This document shows, in pieces, positions 27,709 through 39,208 of a stretch of 64,000 nucleotides of DNA. Below the pieces are notes generated by a model that ran no database searches, was not told the DNA's origin, and saw only the letters and a program-made list of their open reading frames with translations. The translations under genes were made by a program, and so were the position numbers. This stretch comes from Blastocatellia bacterium. GTDB lineage: Bacteria; Acidobacteriota; Blastocatellia; UBA7656. The stretch is taken from contig CAVXWP010000012.1 of assembly GCA_963765495.1 (NCBI GenBank), positions 64,001 to 128,000 on the forward strand. Reading direction: 5' to 3'. Position 1 is the first letter of the stretch. Every line of letters begins with the position of its first letter.

Positions 27709-27723
27709 TATTCCTCCTATGAC

Positions 27724-29127
27724 TTATTCGACGACCGCTTCAGCAGCCTGTGCGAATGGCCAGCGGCGCGACCGCCACGACCAGATGAAGAAAAATGCTA
27801 CGCCGAGACCGAGCGTCCCCAACCCAAAAAGGATGATATACAGGTCCGAAGTCGCAAAGATAAATACCCACCCGATCAATGCGATAACGCTCGGGACAGG
27901 ATATAGCCAGATTCGATACGGGCGCGGAAGCTCGGGATTGCGTTTCCTGAGCAATGCCACGGCCAGAATCTGGCCGATAAACTGGATGAGTATTCTCGTA
28001 GTTATCAACGCGTCGATGACTACTCCGAGCGAGACAAAGCTACACGCAATCGAAATGATGCCAATTACGATCAGCGAAACGTAAGGGAAGTTTTTCTTAG
28101 GATGAAGTCGACCAAATACTTTGAAGAAATATCCATCCTGAGCAGCGGCATAAGGGATGCGCGAGTATCCCAGCAGTAAGGCGAAGACCGATCCGAAAGC
28201 CGTCCACAAGATCATGGCCGTGAACGCTGTCGCCACCCTCGAACCATAAATCTTTTCCATAAAGGTCGAGACAACAAAGTCGGCACCGGGATGCGTCTCG
28301 TAAGGAACAAACTCGCGCCAGGGCACTACGCCTATGATGGAGAGGTTTATCGCGAAATAGATCAACGCCACCGCAAGCAGGCTGATGATTATCGAGCGAG
28401 GTATGACGACGCCGGGATTCTTAACTTCATCGCCGATGTAGCAAATATCGTAATAGCCGAGATAGTCATACACGCCGATGCGGGTTGCCGCGCCCAGACC
28501 GAGAAGAAAGCCCAGGGAAAAATTGAAGCCGCCCGGTGGAAAATCAAACGCCAGATTCGGGTCGAAATGCATTGCCCCCGTGACGATCACCGCGCCGGTT
28601 GTGAGCAGCGTCCCCGCCCAAAGGCTCACCGTGATTTTGCCAATCGAAGTTATCTTGCGATACAGCAGCGCAATGTTTATCAAGCCGACGCTTGAAGCAA
28701 CCATCGCGGTTTGAAAAGGCGTGACTGCGGGCCACACGTAACCCGTGTATTTTGCGAAGCCGATATAGCCTGATGCGATCTCGAGGGGACCGCTCAAGAT
28801 AAATTGCCAGATGAATAAGAATGCCATCAACCGGCCATAGGTTTCGCGGCCATACCCCTCACGCAGATAGAGGTAGGTGCCACCCGATCCGGGCATAGCA
28901 GCGCCGAGTTCACTCCACACCATCCCATCGGGTATGGCTATGATAACGGCCAGAAACCACCCCAGCATTGCCTGCGGCCCGCCGAGCGCCGACATCAGCA
29001 ACGGGATCGTGATGAATGGCCCGATGCCTATCATATTCGACATATTCAGCGCTGTAGCCTGCAAAAGCCCAAACCGCCGCAGCAAGTGAGGGGATTCGCC
29101 CTGGTTTGGTGTCGGTTTTGGTTCCAT
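27724..29127 (-). CDS. APC-superfamily amino acid/amine permease
   Basis: NMIGIGPFIT, SELGAAMPGSGG, GDEVKNP and SRIPYAAA motifs; about 12 TM helices. Confidence 0.9.
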   Translation of the reverse strand: MEPKPTPNQGESPHLLRRFGLLQATALNMSNMIGIGPFITIPLLMSALGGPQAMLGWFLAVIIAIPDGMVWSELGAAMPGSGGTYLYLREGYGRETYGRLMAFLFIWQFILSGPLEIASGYIGFAKYTGYVWPAVTPFQTAMVASSVGLINIALLYRKITSIGKITVSLWAGTLLTTGAVIVTGAMHFDPNLAFDFPPGGFNFSLGFLLGLGAATRIGVYDYLGYYDICYIGDEVKNPGVVIPRSIIISLLAVALIYFAINLSIIGVVPWREFVPYETHPGADFVVSTFMEKIYGSRVATAFTAMILWTAFGSVFALLLGYSRIPYAAAQDGYFFKVFGRLHPKKNFPYVSLIVIGIISIACSFVSLGVVIDALITTRILIQFIGQILAVALLRKRNPELPRPYRIWLYPVPSVIALIGWVFIFATSDLYIILFGLGTLGLGVAFFFIWSWRSRRWPFAQAAEAVVE

Positions 29128-29169
29128 TTGCCTCCACGTTTATGAATCACACGAGTCTGAACTTCAACC

Positions 29170-32100
29170 TTACTTCACTTCAAAATCATAGAGATTTTCT
29201 GACAACCGCTTGCCCTCGTGATCAAAGACTTCGGTGCGAATCTCATACTTTCCTGCGCTCGCCGGTTTCCATTGCAAATCACTCAGTTTTACGGAAGAGT
29301 CTGCCCTAATGTCAGCTTTCAACTCACTTGCCGCGACCGCAGCCCCGCTTGAATTAATAACCTTCCATCTGATCCGCGCTCCGGGAATTGCGAACCAGTG
29401 ATCATTGATTACCCAGAGACCGCAACGGACATCTTCGCCTGCTCGCCACGTATCGCGGTCGTATTCGAGACTTGCGAGCACCATCTGAAAGCTTCGCTGG
29501 ACTGTGAAATAAGATTTCGTCGGCTTGCGAAAATAATCGAGCGCGGCCATAGTCACCGACGGCCAGAAATCTATCGCATGGAAATGAAGTATTCCCCCTG
29601 CATCGTACTTGCGCCGCCGCATCCGCTCTATGGCGAGTTGATGAAGCCTTGCAACATAAGCCTGAGTCTGCGGAATGTACTCTTTGAGCGTTTTGCCGTC
29701 CGGGCGACCCCACGCGCGCATAGCCTCGCTGATCTGTAGCTTGCGGAAGATCCACTCTTCCCTGTGATCTTCGATAGGCCAGTGGTCTGGGAGAAATTGC
29801 ATCAAGGTTTCGTAATTCGGCAACGCGGTAGCGCCAAGCTCGGAGATGAATTTCTCTTCCGTCGTTGTGTACTCCCAGATGCTGCCGCCGTACCATCCAT
29901 AGTAAATGTGACCGTCGCCATACCGGCCAGTGGAACGCACGACAGCCCGGCGTTCTTCATCGCATGCATATAACCGCCCAGCCAGGTGCTTCGTGAGCAC
30001 GCGATAGTTTTCCAGGTCCTCTTCGTCGCACGTTGCCCAGATAGCCACGCTGGGGTGATTGCGTACCATCCGAATGTGATTGTCGTAAAGTCGCGCCGCC
30101 TGTAACGCGAACTCCTCGTCCTGCGGATACCAGGCTTCGAGGAAATCCTGCCATACCATTATCCCGATCTCGTCGCACAGGTCATAAAACTCGGGGTTCT
30201 GAAAATGGCAATGCAGACGAACCATGTTGATGTTCATGCTCTTCATAAGATTTATATCCCGCTCGTACTTCTCGCGGTTCATCTCTGACATGAAAAGCTC
30301 AAGATAGTAAGAATTGGTCCCGCGAATATATACCCGGCGACCATTGAGATAAAAAATCCAGCCGACTTTTTCTATCTCGCGTATGCCGACGGCCTGCGAG
30401 CGATAATCGGAAACCTGTCCATCTATAAACACTCGCGTAGATAGCGTATAGAGATTTGGCTTGCCGTGGTCCCACGTCCACCATAACTGCGGCTTCTTTA
30501 AGTGAAATCTGACATGAACCTGACGCGCATTCCCGTCACTGAGACGAGTGAGATCAACTATTGCCTTCAATTGCTCTCCGCCTGAAAAATTGCGCGGCAA
30601 TAGTGTGAGCTCCAGGCTGCCTTTCATACTTTCGGCTCTCAGAGCCACTTCCACGTCAACATCTGCCGATCCGTCTTGATTTAAAGAAGGCCGGGTGACT
30701 ACCGCGTCAATGAGAACCGAGTCGTTTGCGACGAGACGGACGGGGCGAGTGATGCCAAGAGGAGTGATGTTATCGGGCTTTTGATCCACGGCCCCATAAG
30801 ACCCTTTGATGGTGTAGGGACGATGCCGCCAGTAATAATCAACCGGAGTCCATACGCGCACGGCTATGACATTTTCGCCATCGAGATTCAGCTTATCTCC
30901 AACTTCAAACTCGTATGGATCAATGTAGCCTTCGTGACGTCCAAGCTTTTTTCCGTTGAGCCAGATGTCGGCATAGTAATCCGTCGCGCCGAATTGTAAA
31001 CGCAGGCGCTTCCCTTCCAAACCGGCCGGCACGCGGAACCGCTTGCGATACCACCACTCTTTGAAGCTGATCCATTCGGCTTCGTGCGAATAGTAGACGG
31101 GATATTTTAAGATTTGAGTGTGAACAGAGCCCGGCACCTCTACTGTCTGCCAATCTGAATCGTCTAAACCGGCTTCAAAAAGTCTCTCTGGTTCACCCTG
31201 CCCTTTTTCTCTATGTTGAAGCTTCCACGCCCCATCGAGAGGAAGCTCGATCACTCCTGATGTGACGCCCTCCGCAGGACTGTTCTTAAATGGTCCCGAT
31301 TCAACGCGGTAAGCAGCCGTCTTCAAAGCGGGCGTATAAGCGGGGTATTTGGCAAGCGGCTGCGGGTCGAGCGTGAAGGCAAGGATCGGTTGCGCAAATC
31401 TGCGATAGCAAGCGCGAGCCTCAAGCAGCGTCTCGGTTCCTTTCCATCTCGGAAAGGTTATCGCGATTTGAGAAGACCACCCCGCCGCGTGCTCAATTAA
31501 ATCTGGCCGGTTTATCGCCGCAATTCCTGTTTGCGCCGCTCGCGGAGGACCTGCACCAATATCTCTCACGGCGTAGAGTTGTCGAGTGCCTACATCAAAC
31601 CACTTTAGCGCAGAATCGAGTTCGATAAAGCCCAGAGCGCCATAGTTATCCTGCGGATTATAGTAAAGAATATGGCCGCCGGGAAGATCGTCAAAATCCT
31701 GCGCGCGGATCAGAAAATTTTGTGAAATGATCTTCTTATGCGGCGGATTGTCTGTCTCCCAGCCGTCAGGCCAGCCGACTTCCTCTCCATCTGCCCAGTG
31801 TGTAAAGGGTACGTAAGGAAAAGCCGAAAGAGCCGAAAAGAAGAAACCATAATTCCCCGCCCTGCTTTCAGCCCGCGCGCGCCAGACAAGAACCGGACTG
31901 TTGGAGTACCATTCAAATTCCCATTCTTCCGGGTCTGTTCCGAGGCGCGCTCCCTTGAGCCGGACTCGCGCACGCAGAGGGCCGGATTCAATAATCTCAA
32001 CATCGCTGAACCCCGATACGCGGGCGGCGGTATCGATAGCGGTTCCCCAACCTGCGCTCTGTATCCCGAACGAAAGCTTCTCTTTTAAGTCGGGGGTCGT

Positions 32101-32634
32101 TTCAACAAGGTTGACCATACGATAATCATCAGCCGTGCGGTTGTAGGCCTCGACAATCGCAGGCGCAGTGCTGTCCTTGCCAAGATTGATGATGATGCCG
32201 AAGCGATTATTGCCAAGCTCTATGCGGCTCGTACCCAATCGGCGAACGACTATGTCTGTCAGATATTCGCCGCCGCGCTCCTCGGGTTTTCGCTCGGACA
32301 GCGCGAGCGGGAAGGCAAGAAGCCTGTAGCGTGGAAGTTGGCCTGGGATCAAGGAGGCTGGGAAAAGAATTTCGGCTGACTTGATTGACCCGTCCGGGTA
32401 GGTGTCGGCTACCACAACCTGAACGGGCAGTTCACGGTTCTGGTCATCAAGCACGCGTAACTGATCGGCGTGAGCCTCTCCCTCGGCAAAGCGGGTCACG
32501 AGGCGCACAACCTCATTGTCCCGCCGCTCAATTCCTGTAGGCTCTTCGATCTGTATCGCCCATCTCCGCCCCTGAGCGGATGAATTCACAGCAACACAAA
32601 GGATACACAGGATCAGGGGGGCCAAGTTTTTCAT
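29170..32634 (-). CDS. Secreted GH2 glycoside hydrolase (beta-mannosidase/exo-glucosaminidase-like) with about 460-aa N-terminal extra domain
   Basis: [50 protein letters not shown] and FISELGA. Confidence 0.88.
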   Translation of the reverse strand: MKNLAPLILCILCVAVNSSAQGRRWAIQIEEPTGIERRDNEVVRLVTRFAEGEAHADQLRVLDDQNRELPVQVVVADTYPDGSIKSAEILFPASLIPGQLPRYRLLAFPLALSERKPEERGGEYLTDIVVRRLGTSRIELGNNRFGIIINLGKDSTAPAIVEAYNRTADDYRMVNLVETTPDLKEKLSFGIQSAGWGTAIDTAARVSGFSDVEIIESGPLRARVRLKGARLGTDPEEWEFEWYSNSPVLVWRARAESRAGNYGFFFSALSAFPYVPFTHWADGEEVGWPDGWETDNPPHKKIISQNFLIRAQDFDDLPGGHILYYNPQDNYGALGFIELDSALKWFDVGTRQLYAVRDIGAGPPRAAQTGIAAINRPDLIEHAAGWSSQIAITFPRWKGTETLLEARACYRRFAQPILAFTLDPQPLAKYPAYTPALKTAAYRVESGPFKNSPAEGVTSGVIELPLDGAWKLQHREKGQGEPERLFEAGLDDSDWQTVEVPGSVHTQILKYPVYYSHEAEWISFKEWWYRKRFRVPAGLEGKRLRLQFGATDYYADIWLNGKKLGRHEGYIDPYEFEVGDKLNLDGENVIAVRVWTPVDYYWRHRPYTIKGSYGAVDQKPDNITPLGITRPVRLVANDSVLIDAVVTRPSLNQDGSADVDVEVALRAESMKGSLELTLLPRNFSGGEQLKAIVDLTRLSDGNARQVHVRFHLKKPQLWWTWDHGKPNLYTLSTRVFIDGQVSDYRSQAVGIREIEKVGWIFYLNGRRVYIRGTNSYYLELFMSEMNREKYERDINLMKSMNINMVRLHCHFQNPEFYDLCDEIGIMVWQDFLEAWYPQDEEFALQAARLYDNHIRMVRNHPSVAIWATCDEEDLENYRVLTKHLAGRLYACDEERRAVVRSTGRYGDGHIYYGWYGGSIWEYTTTEEKFISELGATALPNYETLMQFLPDHWPIEDHREEWIFRKLQISEAMRAWGRPDGKTLKEYIPQTQAYVARLHQLAIERMRRRKYDAGGILHFHAIDFWPSVTMAALDYFRKPTKSYFTVQRSFQMVLASLEYDRDTWRAGEDVRCGLWVINDHWFAIPGARIRWKVINSSGAAVAASELKADIRADSSVKLSDLQWKPASAGKYEIRTEVFDHEGKRLSENLYDFEVK

Positions 32635-32720
32635 CTCGGTATCCTAGATCGGGCGCAGATGTTGTTCAACCCGTTTCTTTCTGCCGTGATTTTGCTTCGC
32701 GGTTCACTGATTGGAATCGT

Positions 32721-34082
32721 TTAGGCCGAAGCCGCGTTGAGCCGAGAAACTGTCATGTATTTCCGAATGCCAAAGAGCAACAACATGGCGATGAGAAAAT
32801 AGATCATCGAATTCGCGCTGATGCACGCGCTCATTCCAAAACGCTCGCTTGCGGCAGCGATTGCAACAGGCGCGATCCCGCCGCCGATCCACCCCAGAGA
32901 GTTCATGAATCCAACCGCCGAAGCCCTATGTTCAGGCCGAACTACATCGTGAAGCGAAGCCCAGATGTTTGCGTCATAAAGACCCTTGAAATAGCCAAAG
33001 CCCATCAATGCCACGATCACGATTGGAATTGAAATCGTCCAGCCGGCCAGGAAGATAAACGGTACACCGAATGCTAATCCAATCACCTGCGTCATCGTCC
33101 GTCCGCCCCGGTTTGCCTTTGCAAGCCGGTCTGCGAGCACGCCTCCGCTCAACACGCCCAGTATCGATGCAATCTGTAAATATGCGGTTGCGCTCACACC
33201 GGCCATCGCGAGACTCAGGTTGAATTTACGATAGAGAAACGACGGCATCCACGTCAGGAAGATCATCGCCACGAAATTTGCGCCGATAAAGACGATGGTC
33301 AGAATTCGAAACATCGGGTTGGCAAATAACTCCGCAATAATACTTTTCACGCTCATCAATGTTCGTGCTATAGATTTGCCTGATCCCCCATCAGATGCTT
33401 CTGGCCCCGACGATGAGTGATCATCTAAACGGCCTCTGGCCCTCTCACTCGAATCGCCGGAGGCTTCTGGTTCGCTCAATCCGACGTGAGTCGGTTCCCG
33501 GAGCAAGAGAAGCAATACAAGACCCAGGACCACTCCGAGCGACCCGAAAAGGTAAAAGCTAGACCGCCATCCATAATGCTGACCGAGTATCCCGGCTACG
33601 CTACCTCCAGCTATTGTCCCCGCGTAAACGCTCGACTGGTGAATCGCCATCGCACGCGAGCGAGTCTCGGTTCCGTGGTAATCGCTCAGAAGCGACATAG
33701 AAGCTGGAAAGTAAAAGGCTTCACCAAAGCCTTCAAGCCCTCGGAATAAAATCAGATGCGAGTACTTTGTCGAAAGGGCTGTAGCAATCGTGATAAAGGA
33801 CCAGAAGACGAGCCCGCCGATAACGAGTGTCTTGCGGTTAAGCCTATCGCCGATCAAACCTGCGATAGGCCCGATCCCTGCGTAAACCCACATGAATGAC
33901 GCGCCGATTATGCCCAACTGCACATCGCTCAGATTCATCTCCGATTTGAGCAATTCGAAAACTGAGAAGATCGCCTGCCGGTCCGCATAGTTAAAAAAGC
34001 ATACGAACCACAGCATAGCGACTACCCACCATTTGTATGAGGGTTCAGACACTCTTCTTTTATCATCTGCTTGTCGTCTCAA
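32721..34082 (-). CDS. MFS transporter (ACS/spinster-like)
   Basis: NYADRQ, GDRLNRK, GFGEAFYFPA and HYGWRSSF motifs. Confidence 0.92.
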   Translation of the reverse strand: MRRQADDKRRVSEPSYKWWVVAMLWFVCFFNYADRQAIFSVFELLKSEMNLSDVQLGIIGASFMWVYAGIGPIAGLIGDRLNRKTLVIGGLVFWSFITIATALSTKYSHLILFRGLEGFGEAFYFPASMSLLSDYHGTETRSRAMAIHQSSVYAGTIAGGSVAGILGQHYGWRSSFYLFGSLGVVLGLVLLLLLREPTHVGLSEPEASGDSSERARGRLDDHSSSGPEASDGGSGKSIARTLMSVKSIIAELFANPMFRILTIVFIGANFVAMIFLTWMPSFLYRKFNLSLAMAGVSATAYLQIASILGVLSGGVLADRLAKANRGGRTMTQVIGLAFGVPFIFLAGWTISIPIVIVALMGFGYFKGLYDANIWASLHDVVRPEHRASAVGFMNSLGWIGGGIAPVAIAAASERFGMSACISANSMIYFLIAMLLLFGIRKYMTVSRLNAASA

Positions 34083-34116
34083 GACTCAGGACCGTTTGAT
34101 AGTGTTCGCCATGGCA

Positions 34117-35187
34117 TCAATCAGGCCAGCGCCCATCCGGCATGTCCCGCAATACGAGTTTTGCGGGATCGATCACAACATGCTTGATTCGCTTGCGATT
34201 CCAGGTGTAGGTGATTTGCACAAGCCCGTCGGCTGTCTGAATTACCGCCGGGTACGAGTATTCGCCCGGTTGATCTTCGAGGACGAGGGCCGCCTTCCAT
34301 ACCTTGCCGTCGGATGAGACTGCGACATTGAGCGGGCTCCGCGCGTTTTCAGTGTGATTGTAAACCAGCAAGGAGCGCCCATCTTTTAGCGATACGGCGT
34401 CGATGCCGCTGCTTGGGTTCGGAAGCGATGTCGCCTTCATTTCGCTCCAGCTTTTTCCGCCGTCTGTAGACCAGCTCTCGGTGATTTTTTTCTGTCTGCT
34501 GCGGCACAGAATCTGGATCGAGCCGGATCGATGAACGAGGATCGTAGGTTGAATGGCTCCAAACTGAATGCGGTTGTTGAGCGGTTCGCTCTTCTGCCAC
34601 GTGGCCCCAAAATCTTTTGTGCTTTCCATATGAACGCGCCACCCGGCATCTTCAGTACTGGAACCGCATAATAAGGTCCCGTCCTTCAGAGCTACGGGTT
34701 TGTTCTTTATCGGGCCGAGTATGCCACCGGGAAGTCGTCTCGGAAGAGACCACGTCACTCCGTTGTCGGTTGACGTGGTCAGCATTCCCCACCACTGGTC
34801 GGGGCTCGGGCCGACTTTATAAAAGAGCATGAGCAGCCCGCGCTTTGCTTGAAACAGTACGGGGTTCCAGCAGGGGAAACGCTCAGCGTCAGGCTGAATC
34901 CCGTTTGCAACTTCAACAGGTTTAGACCACCCGGATTTATCTCGTCGAGCCACCCAGATGCCAACATCGGGATTTTTCTCCCGCGTCCCCCCAAACCATG
35001 CGGCAACCAGACCGGCTCTGGTTTCGGCGATAGTTGAGGCATGACAGGAAGGAAAGGGCGCTTGCTCGAAGATGAACTCCACCGTCACGATTGCACTGCC
35101 TCTCTGGAGAACCGGGTCGCCGATTGCCCATACCGAGGCAAGCAATAATGTGAAAAGAGCAGTCCATACAATACGTTTCCCTCGCAT
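34117..35187 (-). CDS. Secreted BNR-repeat (sialidase-fold) protein
   Basis: Asp-boxes STDNGVTW, TKDFGATW, STDGGKSW and SSDGKVW; SCHAST, GPIKNKP and SYP motifs; start reassigned to the signal-peptide Met at 35187. Confidence 0.88.
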   Translation of the reverse strand: MRGKRIVWTALFTLLLASVWAIGDPVLQRGSAIVTVEFIFEQAPFPSCHASTIAETRAGLVAAWFGGTREKNPDVGIWVARRDKSGWSKPVEVANGIQPDAERFPCWNPVLFQAKRGLLMLFYKVGPSPDQWWGMLTTSTDNGVTWSLPRRLPGGILGPIKNKPVALKDGTLLCGSSTEDAGWRVHMESTKDFGATWQKSEPLNNRIQFGAIQPTILVHRSGSIQILCRSRQKKITESWSTDGGKSWSEMKATSLPNPSSGIDAVSLKDGRSLLVYNHTENARSPLNVAVSSDGKVWKAALVLEDQPGEYSYPAVIQTADGLVQITYTWNRKRIKHVVIDPAKLVLRDMPDGRWPD

Positions 35188-35527
35188 TTGAAATGATCCG
35201 ACCAGGTGTCGGGCGATTTCCGAGGGGCGCAGGTTTCGGCCAGCGCCAGAGGATTCAATGATTTTATAAAAACGGAGCCACATGCTGTTAGAGAAGTTCA
35301 TAGGTGCTGCTGTTTCTAATCGGGCAAGTGCATTTTGTCAAGCTTGGGATGACATTTGCGTATATGAAAAAGAGAGTCCAAAAGCAAATGGCAAGATTTG
35401 AAAAATGTAGAGATAGTAGAAACAATACGAGAAATCAAGGCAGCGATCGCCAGGACAAAATATGTCATACAGGCCCGGGCAAGTGCTTACAACGATAGTT
35501 GTAGATGTAGAGCCTTGAGAAGATTGA

Positions 35528-35815
35528 TTATTTTTTCCGCTTGTTGACAGCCTCTTTCAATTGTTTGCCTACGGTAAACCTGACCCCTTTTGATGCGGGT
35601 ATCCTGATTCGTTCACTGGTGTAAGGGTTATGGCCGCGACGCGCCTTGCGTTGAGATACGGCGAAGGTTCCGAATCCGACAAGAGTGACCTTGTTGCCCT
35701 TTCGCAGGCTGTCGGTAATGGCTCCCTTGACGGCATTGATAGCCCGTTCGGCTTCGGCTTTGGTGATTGAAGCCGCGCTTGCCACCTTCTCAATCAAATC
35801 ACCTTGGTTCATCAT
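35528..35815 (-). CDS. hup: DNA-binding protein HU
   Basis: KVTLVGFGTF..RKARRGHNPYT...F..GKQLKEAVN. Confidence 0.95.
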   Translation of the reverse strand: MMNQGDLIEKVASAASITKAEAERAINAVKGAITDSLRKGNKVTLVGFGTFAVSQRKARRGHNPYTSERIRIPASKGVRFTVGKQLKEAVNKRKK

Positions 35816-35878
35816 GCCTCCTAAATATTGTAGGTTCTGTTAAAGGCCAATACCAGATATAGTAGCCACACCGGCGCA

Positions 35879-35907
35879 TTTATATCACCTGACTTCAGAG
35901 GTGTCAA
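35879..35907 (-). promoter_or_regulatory. Putative sigma70 promoter of hup
   Basis: TTGACA-N17-TATAAA with extended -10 TG. Confidence 0.65.
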
Positions 35908-35990
35908 CTGTTTTTATTTATGATAGGGCCTTGAAATCGGTTCTGGGAGCCGGATTCACGGTTTGATGATTATGAACGGTAGGGATTGGG

Positions 35991-36992
35991 CTAGATTTCG
36001 GCAGGCTGGATAAGCACCTTTAACATACCGGGCGCTGATGCTTTTGTGAATGCCTGCACGCCTTCTTCTATTGAGAATCGCTCCTGAATCAGAGGGCGCA
36101 CATCCACCTCCTCACTCGCCAGAAGATCAATGGCCGGAGGGAACCGGCCGCAACGCGAGCCGACTATGGTTATCTCTTCAACGACTATTCTGGACATTTC
36201 AAGTCGGGTCGCCTGATGATGTGTGGATTTGAGAACTATTGTGCCGCGCGGCCTGACAAGGTCAAGTGCGAGTTGTAGCCCCGAAGGTGAGCCGCTCGCC
36301 TCAATCACGAAATCGTATTTATCGTCCTGCGCGAGGGCAGAAAAAGCCCCGGCGGAATCAGTCTCCGCCCTCTCTCCTGCGCCTATGTTCAAGCAACGCG
36401 CCCCCGCCTGTTTTGCCAGATCGAGCTTATATTGATGCTTGCCGATAACAGTGAGGGCACAACCTGTCACGGCCAGGGCGCGTAGGATCAACTGCGCGAG
36501 TTTGCCGTCTCCGACCACAGCTACTCTGGACGACGAGTTTATGGCGACCTGTTGAAGAATTTGACACGCCGCTGCAAGAGGCTCGATCAAGACCGCAGCT
36601 TCATCGCTTATAGAATCAGGCACCTCAAGCAGATTACGGACCGGCAGCGAGAGATACTGCGCGAATGCGCCGTCACGATTCTTGATGCCAAGCACAGTTC
36701 GAGCGGCACAATGCCGCCAGTCGCCCGCGCGACAGACGGCGCACACATTGCAACCGATGTTGATCTCTCCGACTACCCGCCGTCCCAGAAGCGAGTCTTC
36801 GGGCGATTCCACAACCCGCCCGACAAATTCGTGTCCGAGAGTACCGTAGAACCCCGCGTATCCCTTCACTATTTCGAGGTCGGTGTTGCAGATGCCTGCC
36901 AGAAGCACCTCTACGAGCGCCTCACCCTCGCGCCTCGGCACGGGCGCATTGTTCGTGAGTCTTAGAGTACCGTCGAATCTTAGAGCTTTCAT
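35991..36992 (-). CDS. Zn-dependent MDR alcohol dehydrogenase (threonine-DH-like)
   Basis: AGICNTD, GHEFVG, CxxCxxC...C Zn site and VVGDGKL. Confidence 0.9.
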   Translation of the reverse strand: MKALRFDGTLRLTNNAPVPRREGEALVEVLLAGICNTDLEIVKGYAGFYGTLGHEFVGRVVESPEDSLLGRRVVGEINIGCNVCAVCRAGDWRHCAARTVLGIKNRDGAFAQYLSLPVRNLLEVPDSISDEAAVLIEPLAAACQILQQVAINSSSRVAVVGDGKLAQLILRALAVTGCALTVIGKHQYKLDLAKQAGARCLNIGAGERAETDSAGAFSALAQDDKYDFVIEASGSPSGLQLALDLVRPRGTIVLKSTHHQATRLEMSRIVVEEITIVGSRCGRFPPAIDLLASEEVDVRPLIQERFSIEEGVQAFTKASAPGMLKVLIQPAEI

Positions 36993-37176
36993 ACCAAACC
37001 GCCTGACCAACACAAACAATTAATGAGGAAAGCGATTCTTTCACACGTTCCAGGCGAGCGCAAGTTTGACTCGCTCAACGGCAGACAAATAGCTGGCGTC
37101 ATCTTTGCAGACTTTTAAAACGAAGCCATACACAGTTATACTCAATATCTTTATCGAGTCATCAGGAGAGGTTTTA

Positions 37177-38601
37177 TTGACCAGGAAGCATTATCATTTG
37201 ATAGGCATATGCGGCACAGCTATGGCTTCGTTAGCCGGTATGCTGATTGATCAAGGGCACGAAGTCACGGGATCGGACGAGAACGTATACCCGCCGATGT
37301 CGCTCGAACTTAAACGCCTGGGAATTCCCGTAAGCGAAGGGTACAGGTCTGAAAATATACTCGAAAATATAGTCGGACAGCCTGATACAATCGTCGTGGG
37401 CAACGCCATAACGCGCGGCAATCCAGAACTTGAATTCGTTCTGAACGAAAAGATGTATTACACCTCGATGGCTGCCGTAGTCAAAGAGAATTTCATTCGC
37501 GGCCATCACTCTATAGTGCTGGCGGGGACGCACGGCAAGACTACTACCACATCGCTTATGGCGGTGGCGCTTGAGCGGGCGGGCATCCATCCATCTTTCC
37601 TCATAGGCGGCGTAGCCGAAAATTTCAGCTCATCATTTCGCGTCACCGACAGCCGGTATTTCGTCATCGAAGGCGATGAGTATGATACGGCCTACTTCGA
37701 CAAGGGGCCGAAGTTCATGCATTATCTGCCGGATACGGTCGTGCTCAATAATGTGGAGTTCGATCACGCGGACATCTATCGCGACATTGACGCGGTGAAA
37801 TTCGCCTTCAGCCGTTTGATCAACCTGATACCAGGGCGGGGCGCGCTCATCGCCGGGTGGGATTCAAAAATTGTCCGGGAGCTTGCGCCGCGCGCCTTTT
37901 GCAAAATAGAGACCTTCGGCATAGAGGAAGACGCCCGCTGGGTGGCTCGCGATATCGATTTCTCCGGCGAAATGACTTCATTTACGGTTTTGGTCGAAGG
38001 GCGCAAATTTGGGCGTTATCGCACCCCCCTCGTTGGGGCGTTCAACGTGCGAAACTGTCTTGGCGTTATCACGGCTTGCGAGACTTTAGGTTTGGACCGC
38101 GACGCCGTCCGGTCGGGGATAGAAGAGTTCAAAAGCGTGAAGAGGCGCATGCAGGTGCGAGGCCGAGCGCGAGGCGTCACGGTCATAGATGATTTTGCGC
38201 ACCACCCGACGGCGGTTCGCGAAACCCTGATCGCCGCGCGGCAAAAATACGCCGATCATCGCATCATAGCCGTTTTCGAGCCGCGATCCTACACCGCGCA
38301 GCACAAAGATTTTCAGCAGGCTTTCGAAGACGGGCTGGGCGAAGCCGACAGCGTGATCATCGCGGGCTTGTTTCACCCGGAGCGCTACACGGCAGAAACC
38401 TCAATCGCCCCGCTTGAGATGGTTGACAATTTGCGACGACGAGGCCGAGAGGCTGATTTCATCCCGACTCCTGATGAGATAGTTTCGCGCCTTGCGCCCT
38501 GCCTCAAAGAAAATGATCTTGTGGTGATAATGTCGAACGGCTCGTTCGGAGGCATCCACGATAAGCTGTTACGCTCGCTCGATGGATCAGGAAAAGAATG
38601 A
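37177..38601 (+). CDS. mpl: UDP-MurNAc:L-Ala-gamma-D-Glu-mDAP ligase (murein recycling)
   Basis: GICGTAMASLA, YPPMS, AGTHGKTTTT, EGDEYDTAYFDK, DDFAHHPTA, FEPRS and MSNGSFGGIH; TTG start after GGAG. Confidence 0.93.
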   Translation: MTRKHYHLIGICGTAMASLAGMLIDQGHEVTGSDENVYPPMSLELKRLGIPVSEGYRSENILENIVGQPDTIVVGNAITRGNPELEFVLNEKMYYTSMAAVVKENFIRGHHSIVLAGTHGKTTTTSLMAVALERAGIHPSFLIGGVAENFSSSFRVTDSRYFVIEGDEYDTAYFDKGPKFMHYLPDTVVLNNVEFDHADIYRDIDAVKFAFSRLINLIPGRGALIAGWDSKIVRELAPRAFCKIETFGIEEDARWVARDIDFSGEMTSFTVLVEGRKFGRYRTPLVGAFNVRNCLGVITACETLGLDRDAVRSGIEEFKSVKRRMQVRGRARGVTVIDDFAHHPTAVRETLIAARQKYADHRIIAVFEPRSYTAQHKDFQQAFEDGLGEADSVIIAGLFHPERYTAETSIAPLEMVDNLRRRGREADFIPTPDEIVSRLAPCLKENDLVVIMSNGSFGGIHDKLLRSLDGSGKE

Positions 38602-38647
38602 CTGACAGACCGAAAATTTAACTGAAGATTTAATGGCGAGGTTTCCA

Positions 38648-39076
38648 TTATTCGCCAGAGGCCGGTGAATCGGTGATGACCGTGAGCCGGCCTTTTGGCT
38701 CGATGCGTCCGCGCAGGACGGTCTTGAGTCGCTTGGGTAGAAAATATTCTGCGACGCGCGCGATTCCAGTGACCAGTTCTTTGATGTCCCGGTCCCCCTT
38801 CCAGAGTTCCATTACAATATTACGGTCGGCGCGGTTCAACAATCTGAGAATGGCGAGCGCCAGCAGGTATGAATCGTCCACTTGCCCTATAAAGGGGATG
38901 AAATCAGGGATAACATCAATCGGGATGATCACATACATTATTACCCCGGCGAGGATGGCTTTATCGGCCTGAGAAACGCGACTGTCTCTGAGCAGGTCGA
39001 ACAACAACTTCAGCAAATTGGGTATAAACAACAACAATTCGCGCATCGTTTCCTTCATCTTACTTCGCTCAGACAT
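38648..39076 (-). CDS. YkvA/DUF1232 family protein
   Basis: YVIIPIDVIPDFIPFIGQVDD. Confidence 0.9.
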   Translation of the reverse strand: MSERSKMKETMRELLLFIPNLLKLLFDLLRDSRVSQADKAILAGVIMYVIIPIDVIPDFIPFIGQVDDSYLLALAILRLLNRADRNIVMELWKGDRDIKELVTGIARVAEYFLPKRLKTVLRGRIEPKGRLTVITDSPASGE

Positions 39077-39208
39077 CAAATACCTCCATGTGCCAGCCAA
39101 TAAGTGGACTGTGCTATTTTAGGGACCACAGTTGTTTACGTCAATTTTGAAAGCAGAAAAGCGCTTATTTATCTTGCCAAACACCAGGCCGTTTACTTGA
39201 TAAGAGAG

